A stretch of DNA of 35,182 nt from Fidelibacterota bacterium (GTDB lineage Bacteria > Fidelibacterota > Marinisomatia > Marinisomatales > UBA1611), in the NCBI GenBank assembly GCA_038281125.1, contig JAYNUL010000005.1:1-35182 (forward strand), written 5' to 3'. Position 1 is the stretch's first letter. Each line of letters starts with the position of its first letter. Below are positions 18,624 through 25,830 of the stretch, one piece after another. The notes under the pieces are model-generated. The model saw only the letters and a program-made list of their open reading frames with translations. It made no database searches and had not been told where the DNA came from. A program made the position numbers and the translations under genes.

Positions 18624-19339
18624 CGCAGCCCGTAGATAATTTTAATTGAAAAAATTGGAAGATCATCAATCTTTAATTCGGGCCCGGTAACCTTTTGTCT
18701 TTGAATACGCCATTCGCTAGCCTTGTATTGGTTATTCATAAAACCAGCTTTTACGTCAACGCCTAGACGAGTATTAATATAATATCGAAATCCTAAAAGA
18801 CTAGAATAACCTATCCAGTCAGATATCATAACATCTGTCGCACCCATATCTGAAACAGGGTTTTCACTACCTCCAAAGCTAGTAATAAAGTAGTTCCAAT
18901 CATCTGTCTTATCTCCAGGAGTTGTGTCCATTTCAATTCTTGCCCTTCCCCATATTGGTGCAAGAGTAAAATTCAATTCTATTTTAGGTTTCAAGCGAAA
19001 AAATGTCTCTATTGGAAAAATTCTATAGGTAAGAGATCTACGAAATACTGCCTCAGAATTGATTAAAAGTATATTTTTACCAATTTCATAAGATGTAAAT
19101 GAATTATATCCAATTCTCGCATTATTAAAAAACTCATAATAGATACCCCAGTTAAAGAGCATATTGCGGTTAAAAATTGATTTTGTTGGAAACTGCACTG
19201 TCTCATTTTCGTCAAAACCAACTAAGGTTGGTTCATAAAAACCAATGCCCATGTCAATGCTTAATTTCGGTTGTGCTTTGATAACATCACCCACTAAGGG
19301 CAACAAAGCCATTATGAATACATAGATTTGACTCTTCAT
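18620..19339 (-). CDS. hypothetical outer-membrane beta-barrel-like protein
   Basis: 239 aa with a signal peptide (IMALLPLVGDVIKAQ). Aromatic/polar strands alternate throughout (GIYYEF, GFRYYIN, GVDVKAGF). Confidence 0.5.
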   Translation of the reverse strand: MKSQIYVFIMALLPLVGDVIKAQPKLSIDMGIGFYEPTLVGFDENETVQFPTKSIFNRNMLFNWGIYYEFFNNARIGYNSFTSYEIGKNILLINSEAVFRRSLTYRIFPIETFFRLKPKIELNFTLAPIWGRARIEMDTTPGDKTDDWNYFITSFGGSENPVSDMGATDVMISDWIGYSSLLGFRYYINTRLGVDVKAGFMNNQYKASEWRIQRQKVTGPELKIDDLPIFSIKIIYGLR

Positions 19340-19361
19340 ATAGTGATGCTAATTTAAGGCC

Positions 19362-20222
19362 ATGAAACATTTCAGCTCCATATTCCTTTTTGTATTTTCA
19401 ACTTTACTGTCTGACACCACATCAACAGACGTTAAACACATAGTCATAGATCATAATGGAAATACCACTGAATGTTTTGTCGATTCCATTGGCTATCAAT
19501 ATGTTTACTTTATTCCAAGGGATTCAGTTGACACCGATTCAATGAAATTGAAAAATGCATATTACATTTACAGCGATTACGATAGGATTTTCCATCATAG
19601 CTGGAGCTTTGAAGAAAATATAAAAAGGATGGAAAATAGGACAGGAAAAGCCTACACTATTAATGGAGATACGCTTGATTTCATTGATATAAAATTTGAT
19701 AAAGATATGATAAAACCTGAAGTACTGCTCACAACAGTGCCTGGGAAATCAAAATATATTTCAGTGTTTGACCTTGAAAAAATTGAGACTGATTTTTCAA
19801 TCATGGCCTATTCAGTTGAGAGAGGCTTTTTCTACTCATTTTACACTTTTCTAATTGCTGCTACTTTTGAAATTATTGCATCTTGGGACAAGGAAAGAAG
19901 AATGGTATCTCAAGTTTGGGACCAGTATGATGATCTACTTCCAAAAGTTTCTATCATCGGTTTAAACGAACAGAAGGGCAATGGAGTTGCATATGAGTCA
20001 TTCACATCCCTTATTCCACTTACAGTTTTGATATCTATGGCATATGATGTTTATAAGGAAAAGAACAAGTTCTACTTTTCTCCTGTTTATGAAAAAAGAG
20101 AATTTGGTAGAAACATGCATGTATTTTCTTTAAAACAGCTTTTTAGAAATGGTTTCGACGAAATTATATACAAGTTAGAAAAAAATAGTTTTGGAAGAAA
20201 GGTCATTGGATTGTTTCGATAA
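19362..20222 (+). CDS. hypothetical membrane protein
   Basis: 286 aa with a signal-like N-terminus and two internal hydrophobic segments (FFYSFYTFLIAATFEIIASW, FTSLIPLTVLISMAY). It is the first gene of the + strand surface cluster. Confidence 0.5.
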   Translation: MKHFSSIFLFVFSTLLSDTTSTDVKHIVIDHNGNTTECFVDSIGYQYVYFIPRDSVDTDSMKLKNAYYIYSDYDRIFHHSWSFEENIKRMENRTGKAYTINGDTLDFIDIKFDKDMIKPEVLLTTVPGKSKYISVFDLEKIETDFSIMAYSVERGFFYSFYTFLIAATFEIIASWDKERRMVSQVWDQYDDLLPKVSIIGLNEQKGNGVAYESFTSLIPLTVLISMAYDVYKEKNKFYFSPVYEKREFGRNMHVFSLKQLFRNGFDEIIYKLEKNSFGRKVIGLFR

Positions 20223-20237
20223 AAAGAGATGTAAATT

Positions 20238-22100
20238 ATGACAATGAAAGATATGGCATATATTCCTCTTTTTTGCATATTGATATTTTCTTGCACTGAA
20301 GATCCGATTACGATCCCAGAACCTGATACGACACCGCCTCAGGCAATTGTCCTCTTTCCAATTGATGGAGAACCAGTCTCCGGTGAAGTTGTTATAGAGG
20401 TCAGATCAGTTGATAATGATAAAGTGGATTCAGTCCAATTTCTTATTAATCAGAAAAGGGTGTTTACTAATTCCAGCCAGTCCAATGATATTTTCAAATA
20501 TACCTGGGATACTGAGGAAACAGTGATAGTAGATGGCGTTCAAGAAAAATTATATGCAGAGGATCAATTTCATTATATATCCGCAATAGCATACGATCCA
20601 ATTGGAAATAGTTATGCCTCTGTTACAACGAGAAGCAAAGTAGACAACATCGACAATGAACCACCAACTGCATTCTTCTTAAGCCCATTTGCTGGACAAT
20701 ATGTAAGCGATGTAGTCAATATAGAAGTAATTGCAACAGACAATGATAGCATTCAATATGTTAGCTTTTTCATCAATAATGTTTTACAAGGATATGTTCA
20801 AGAGTCTCCCTATTTATTTCCTTGGAATACGAATTTAGTTGAGAGCGGAAACTTTTATTCAATTCATGCAAATGTAAAAGATTTAAGTAATAATACTAAA
20901 ACAATAGCACCCATAAACGTTTTTGTTGATAATGGACTTGAGAGCGATGTAACGCCACCCACTGGAGCTATTGTTAGCCCTCCTGCAGGGCTAACTGTAA
21001 GTGGTGATGTACAGATAATTGTTAGCGCTAATGACAATCGCGCAATGAAAGAGGTAGCGTTATCAATCAATGGTACCTATATAACAACGATTGAGCAGCC
21101 ACCCTTTTTTTACAGTTGGGACACTTCTCTTGAGCAAGAAGATGCAGAGCATACAATAAGTGTAGTTCTTAAAGATCTTGCTGGTAATGAGACCCCTCTG
21201 AACCCTATATCAGTGGTGGTTGATAATATCGCGCCAGCAGATATAATTCCGCCAACTGTTATTATCATGAGTCCAGTTGCCGGACAAGAATTAAGCGGAA
21301 CCATAGACATAGAAGTTATTGCAAATGACAACACTGGAATAAATTATATAGAATATTATATTGATGGACAATCATATTCAGTTGATAGTATTCCCCCATA
21401 TATCCAAGAATGGGACACGGAAACTGCAGAAGATGATATGGAACATATCATTGCAGCCGTTGGTTATGATAATGAAGGTAATTCTTCGCTTGCGACACCA
21501 ATTGCGGTATACGTTGATAATCGGGATGACATTGCCCCATCTGGGCAAATTCAAAATCCAATTCCTGGACAAACTGTAAACGGAACTATTTCCATAGAAA
21601 TCATTGCAACCGATAATATAGAGGTTGATAATGTAGAACTTTCAATAAATGGTATACCCAGAGATACACTAAGTGATTTTCCTTATGTTTATGATTGGGA
21701 TACTAGCCAAGAAATTGACGATCAGAGTCATGTAATAAGTGCAGTTGTATCAGACACTTCGGGAAACATTGGTTTTATTCCTCCTGTAAGTGTAATTGTG
21801 GACAACCAGATTAATGACTCAACTCCACCAACAGGTCTTATCTCAAATCCTATTTCTGGTCAAACCGTAAGTGGAACAGTTGAAATCACCGTGCTAGCTC
21901 AAGACGATTACGGTATTGAAAATATTACATTTTTTATTGATGGAATAAATATATCAAATGATAATACAGCTCCTTATTCGTATGCATGGGACACTACAAC
22001 CCTTGAAAATGGTAGTGAGCATACCATTTCTGCATCCATTACAGATATCGTAGGCCATCAAACGATTCTTCAACCAGTTTTAGTAACCGTATCAAACTGA
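20238..22100 (+). CDS. surface lipoprotein made of six tandem Ig-like (Big_7-like) domains
   Basis: The lipobox is ILIFSC. It has six repeats of about 95-100 aa with the pattern PPxGxIxxPxxGQxVSGxVxIxVxAxDNxxIxxVxFxIxG......PYxYxWDTxxxxDxxHxIxAxxxDxxGN....PVxVxVDN. Confidence 0.75.
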   Translation: MTMKDMAYIPLFCILIFSCTEDPITIPEPDTTPPQAIVLFPIDGEPVSGEVVIEVRSVDNDKVDSVQFLINQKRVFTNSSQSNDIFKYTWDTEETVIVDGVQEKLYAEDQFHYISAIAYDPIGNSYASVTTRSKVDNIDNEPPTAFFLSPFAGQYVSDVVNIEVIATDNDSIQYVSFFINNVLQGYVQESPYLFPWNTNLVESGNFYSIHANVKDLSNNTKTIAPINVFVDNGLESDVTPPTGAIVSPPAGLTVSGDVQIIVSANDNRAMKEVALSINGTYITTIEQPPFFYSWDTSLEQEDAEHTISVVLKDLAGNETPLNPISVVVDNIAPADIIPPTVIIMSPVAGQELSGTIDIEVIANDNTGINYIEYYIDGQSYSVDSIPPYIQEWDTETAEDDMEHIIAAVGYDNEGNSSLATPIAVYVDNRDDIAPSGQIQNPIPGQTVNGTISIEIIATDNIEVDNVELSINGIPRDTLSDFPYVYDWDTSQEIDDQSHVISAVVSDTSGNIGFIPPVSVIVDNQINDSTPPTGLISNPISGQTVSGTVEITVLAQDDYGIENITFFIDGINISNDNTAPYSYAWDTTTLENGSEHTISASITDIVGHQTILQPVLVTVSN

Positions 22101-24421
22101 TGAATAAACAATATTTTTACTTGTCAATTGTATTGATGCTGTTCCTAAGCTGCGAGGGACCATTTTTTGATGTCCCAGCTGATGAAGATTCCATTCCTCC
22201 AACACTGACAATTACTTTCCCTGCAGATCAATCAATATTGTCTGATTCTGTTTTGATAAGCGCATATGCTTTTGATAACGTCGGTCTTGAAAAAGTTACT
22301 CTTTATCTTAATGATTCTATTGTACACGAAAGCACTGAAGGTCCCTATGAATATAATTGGTCTACTCTTGAGAATGCTGAAGATGAATTCCATACCATTA
22401 GGGCAAAAGCAGTTGACCTTGCTGGGAATGAGAATTTCACAAATACGATACAGGTACTAGTTGACAATCAGGATAATATAAGTCCAACTGGGGCATTAAT
22501 ATTCCCATTTACAGGTCAAATATTAACAGGTGAAATCACCATAATCTTGGAGGCAAATGACAACGATGAGGTAGCGCTTGTAACCTTATATATTGATGGC
22601 GATTCTGTAATGACTTATCAAGAACCACCCTATCGATATGACTGGAACACTCTTGAAGAAATAGATGATGTAATCCATACCATTCATGCTCACATCCAAG
22701 ACAATGCCGGCAACCAAATAACTCTGGGACCAATAAATGTAACCATTGATAATTATGAATCAGATGATAATATTGCCCCTACTGGAACCATAACCAGCCC
22801 TCCATCTGCTTCAACCGTATCTGGTACAGTAAATATTGAAGTTAATGCTTTTGACAATTTAAGAATGGGCCATGTTGATTTTATTATTGACGGTACCGCA
22901 GTATTTAGTGACTCCCTGCCCCCTTATTCCTTTAGTTGGAATACCTTGGTAGAGGCCGAAGACTCAGACCATGTGATAAATATTAACCTGTCTGATTCTG
23001 CAGGAAATACAACATCATTATATCCTGTCACTGTATTTGTTAATAATGTTGTTGATCCTGATGTTACCCCGCCAAATATTGTAATTTACGATCCTGCGGC
23101 AAATCAGACGGTTTCTGGCACAGTTACGTTTTTAACTATTGCTACAGATGACATTGCAGTTGACAGAGTAGAGTTCTATCATAATTACGAACTGGTATTT
23201 ACCGCTACATCCTACCCATTTAGCTATGATTGGAACTCAACACTTGCGGATGAAGATACAGAACACATATGGCATGCAAAGGCATTTGATACGAGTGGCA
23301 ATGAAGCACAAACTCAACCGATGGTGCTTATTGTTGATAATGTGGACAATATTCCACCAACTGGCTTTATTCTTCATCCCTATGCGGGGCAGGTAGTCAG
23401 TGGTGATATTGAGATTCAGGTTTCTGCGTCTGATAATGTTGGTGTTAATCAAGTTACATTCTTTTTAAATGGAAATATTTTATCTTCAGATTCACAGTCT
23501 CCATTTTCTTACAATTGGAATACAACTACTGCTAGCGAAGATGAAGAACATGTTCTTTATGCTAGCATTACCGATTTGCAAGGAAATACTACAAACCTTC
23601 CATCCATTTCAGTGACTGTAGATAATGATGACGCTCCAGAAAATGACATTACTCCCCCGTTTGTATCCATTATTACTCCATTATCTACTCAAACTGTGAG
23701 CGATACAGTAGTAATCACTGGTTTTGCAACTGATAATCATGAGGTTTCTCAGGTAATGTTTTATGTGAATGATCAATTGATTCAAACCGTTACTGATTCT
23801 CCTTTTACTGCATCTTGGATTACATATGATTTACCAAATAGTTCTGAACATATTCTTCAAATAACAGCAACAGATCCCTCTGGAAATCAGTCGAGTGCTC
23901 AACCTGTTTTGGTTACCGTTGTCAATGAATATATTGGTACAATAAACAATTTTACAGTTCTGGAAACTGAAAATACTATATCACTTAATTGGGATGCACC
24001 TAATAATGCTGAGTCATTTAAAATCTACAAGGATGGTAGTTTTTTGGTAGAAATCAGTGAACAAACCTTTGATGATGTTGTTGATCCAGGTGTAGAGCAT
24101 TGCTACGTAGTATCTGCAATAAATGGTGTAAATCTTGAGGGTCCGCTTTCTGAAGAGGAATGTGGTACGAGTCTTTATCCACCATCGCCAACACTATCTC
24201 TAGCGATTGATGGCTCCCTTGCAAATCTTTCTTGGACATCTGTATCGACTGCAGAATCATATAGACTATATCAGGATAATGCTTTTATAACAGAGCTAAC
24301 CGTTCTAAATCATACACTAGATATCGGAACTGGAACAAATACCTGCTTTAAAGTTACCGCGATCAATTCAATCGGAACTGAGAGCCTAGTATCTAATGAA
24401 GAATGTGGTGCAGGGTCCTAA
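22100..24421 (+). CDS. surface lipoprotein with six Ig-like (Big_7-like) domains and two C-terminal FN3-like modules
   Basis: The ATG overlaps the upstream TGA by 1 nt (tgATGa). The lipobox is LFLSC. It has six repeats of the same type as the upstream gene (PYEYNWST, PYRYDWNT, PYSFSWNT, PFSYDWNS, PFSYNWNT, PFTASW). Two modules of about 80 aa follow (SLNWDAP...YKDG...C...EECG). Confidence 0.75.
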   Translation: MNKQYFYLSIVLMLFLSCEGPFFDVPADEDSIPPTLTITFPADQSILSDSVLISAYAFDNVGLEKVTLYLNDSIVHESTEGPYEYNWSTLENAEDEFHTIRAKAVDLAGNENFTNTIQVLVDNQDNISPTGALIFPFTGQILTGEITIILEANDNDEVALVTLYIDGDSVMTYQEPPYRYDWNTLEEIDDVIHTIHAHIQDNAGNQITLGPINVTIDNYESDDNIAPTGTITSPPSASTVSGTVNIEVNAFDNLRMGHVDFIIDGTAVFSDSLPPYSFSWNTLVEAEDSDHVININLSDSAGNTTSLYPVTVFVNNVVDPDVTPPNIVIYDPAANQTVSGTVTFLTIATDDIAVDRVEFYHNYELVFTATSYPFSYDWNSTLADEDTEHIWHAKAFDTSGNEAQTQPMVLIVDNVDNIPPTGFILHPYAGQVVSGDIEIQVSASDNVGVNQVTFFLNGNILSSDSQSPFSYNWNTTTASEDEEHVLYASITDLQGNTTNLPSISVTVDNDDAPENDITPPFVSIITPLSTQTVSDTVVITGFATDNHEVSQVMFYVNDQLIQTVTDSPFTASWITYDLPNSSEHILQITATDPSGNQSSAQPVLVTVVNEYIGTINNFTVLETENTISLNWDAPNNAESFKIYKDGSFLVEISEQTFDDVVDPGVEHCYVVSAINGVNLEGPLSEEECGTSLYPPSPTLSLAIDGSLANLSWTSVSTAESYRLYQDNAFITELTVLNHTLDIGTGTNTCFKVTAINSIGTESLVSNEECGAGS

Positions 24422-24566
24422 AGAAAAAGGGTGTCTCCTTCACATGATGTAAGATCGTGCACCAGAGAAATATCAGTAAAGTCTTCAGAATAAAAAGAAA
24501 TTAATCCTGAATTCGGTTCGTAAAGGTCTATGGTACAATATTAAGGGGCAACAGTATTAGCATAGG

Positions 24567-24710
24567 TCACATTATCAACAGATAGACTATCGTCTCATTC
24601 TTTAACCACTTCAAGCGTATAGTACATCCACTTCCTAAAAATTGACTTGTGTGAATTACATCTGAACATCCAAAAATTAAGACAAGCAGCAATGAGTAAA
24701 TGCTTTTCAT
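24567..24710 (-). CDS. possible 47-aa lipoprotein ORF (below the track cutoff)
   Basis: My translation is MKSIYSLLLVLIFGCSDVIHTSQFLGSGCTIRLKWLKNETIVYLLIM*. It has a signal-like N-terminus with the lipobox LIFGC. No clear SD or promoter is visible. It sits in an otherwise unassigned gap of about 320 nt. Confidence 0.25.
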   Translation of the reverse strand: MKSIYSLLLVLIFGCSDVIHTSQFLGSGCTIRLKWLKNETIVYLLIM

Positions 24711-24739
24711 CTACAGTAATTTATAAAGTTAGTATACAT

Positions 24740-24767
24740 AAAAGGCCCCATTAATGGGGCCTTTTTT
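24740..24767. terminator. bidirectional rho-independent terminator
   Basis: An 11-bp stem, aaaaggcccca / tggggcctttt, with loop ttaa. An A-run lies on one side and a T-run on the other, so it reads as hairpin plus U-tract on both strands. It is 1 nt downstream of the tRNA-Gly 3' end (minus) and downstream of the 20238-24421 genes (plus). Confidence 0.7.
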
Positions 24768-24768
24768 G

Positions 24769-24841
24769 AGCGAGAGACGAGATTCGAACTCGCGACCCTC
24801 ACGTTGGCAACGTGATGCTCTACCAGCTGAGCTACTCTCGC
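24769..24841 (-). tRNA. tRNA-Gly (anticodon GCC)
   Basis: Reverse complement: acceptor gcgagag/ctctcgc, D arm gctc-agctggta-gagc, anticodon stem tcacg/cgtga with loop uuGCCaa, T arm gcgag-ttcgaat-ctcgt and discriminator U. No CCA is encoded. Confidence 0.9.
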
Positions 24842-24905
24842 ATTTTTGTTTTAAAATTGTTATGCGGTAACTGAAATTATGTAATGAAGACATGGATCAC
24901 AAAGC

Positions 24906-25349
24906 TCATTTTGGATAAAATTCAAGTAACCTTGATTTTGATTGGTGAACAATGTAACAGGCACCGAGAAATAGAAAATTTTCTACTATTTTTGACCATC
25001 CAACCACTTCGCCTTCTTTAAGTCCACATCCACAATCAATATTAAATCCCCTTAATATCGCTTGAGCAATCAAAACAATAAATAAAGCCAAAAGTCCTCC
25101 GCTAATAAATGTATTAGCATTTATATAAACTCCAAAAATAATGCCCAAACCAATAATTAATTCAAGCCATGGAAGAATTATTGCAATCGAATTTTCTAGT
25201 CCAAATGGGACAACATGGTAGTTAGATATATCTCGAGCAAATTTTCCAGGATCTAATATTTTATCATAGCTAGCATAAATGAAAATTAGGCCTAATAAAA
25301 TTCTTATAACTAAAATTAATACTGGATGAATTTTATTCATTATAGTCAA
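24906..25349 (-). CDS. MauE/DoxX-family redox-associated membrane protein
   Basis: 147 aa with four hydrophobic helices. Motifs are IFIYASYDKILDP..F, LPWLELIIGLGIIFG and the characteristic NIDCGCG. It overlaps the rhodanese gene by 17 nt. Confidence 0.8.
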   Translation of the reverse strand: MTIMNKIHPVLILVIRILLGLIFIYASYDKILDPGKFARDISNYHVVPFGLENSIAIILPWLELIIGLGIIFGVYINANTFISGGLLALFIVLIAQAILRGFNIDCGCGLKEGEVVGWSKIVENFLFLGACYIVHQSKSRLLEFYPK

Positions 25350-25821
25350 TATCTAGGCCTGATTCACTCCATGTTTTCCAACCACCCTTGAAGACGAGGA
25401 TATTATTAAATCCATATTCTTGCAGGTCATAGGCAAGATCTTCACTTGATCCACAATCATCATCGCTACAATAGATAACAAATCCCCTATCAAAACCAAT
25501 CAGTGTTGCTATCTCATCGGATAGTGCATCAGTATCATCATTATTAATTGCACCCGGAATAAAACCATCTTCCAAGTATTCCTCCGAGCGCGCGTCTACA
25601 AAAAGGGTACCATTTTTCTGGAGGTTCATCGCAGTCTCTAAATTAATTTCCCTTACGCTGGGTACATCTATATTTAACTCGATATTATTAGTGCTGTTTA
25701 TCTTTTCCATTGGTTTTGCTAACCAGGAAATACCACCATCCCTTAAAGCATTAAAACTGGCACCACACAAAACCGAGATTCCTGTTATAATTAAAACTTG
25801 TTTAAATAATTTTATGTCCAA
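25333..25821 (-). CDS. membrane-anchored rhodanese-like domain protein
   Basis: 162 aa with an N-terminal TM anchor. The rhodanese-like region reads LFVDARSEEYLEDGFIPGAIN, with an active-site-loop-like VIYCSDDDCGSSEDLA and FKGGWKTW. Confidence 0.8.
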   Translation of the reverse strand: MDIKLFKQVLIITGISVLCGASFNALRDGGISWLAKPMEKINSTNNIELNIDVPSVREINLETAMNLQKNGTLFVDARSEEYLEDGFIPGAINNDDTDALSDEIATLIGFDRGFVIYCSDDDCGSSEDLAYDLQEYGFNNILVFKGGWKTWSESGLDIDYNE

Positions 25822-25830
25822 TCGCTGAAC

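Noticed and set aside
20864-24260. Multiple 64-74-aa ORFs on either strand inside the Ig-repeat lipoprotein genes (for example 20864-21070, 21110-21334, 21361-21579, 22266-22460, 22536-22733, 23237-23452 and 24054-24260).
   Set aside because: All overlap the two long repeat-bearing frames, whose periodic conserved motifs show which frame is real.
20238-24421. The possibility that the 12 Ig-like repeats are a DNA-level tandem repeat or an assembly artefact.
   Set aside because: The repeats are conserved only at key amino-acid positions. The nucleotide sequences are well diverged and I saw no long identical stretches between units.
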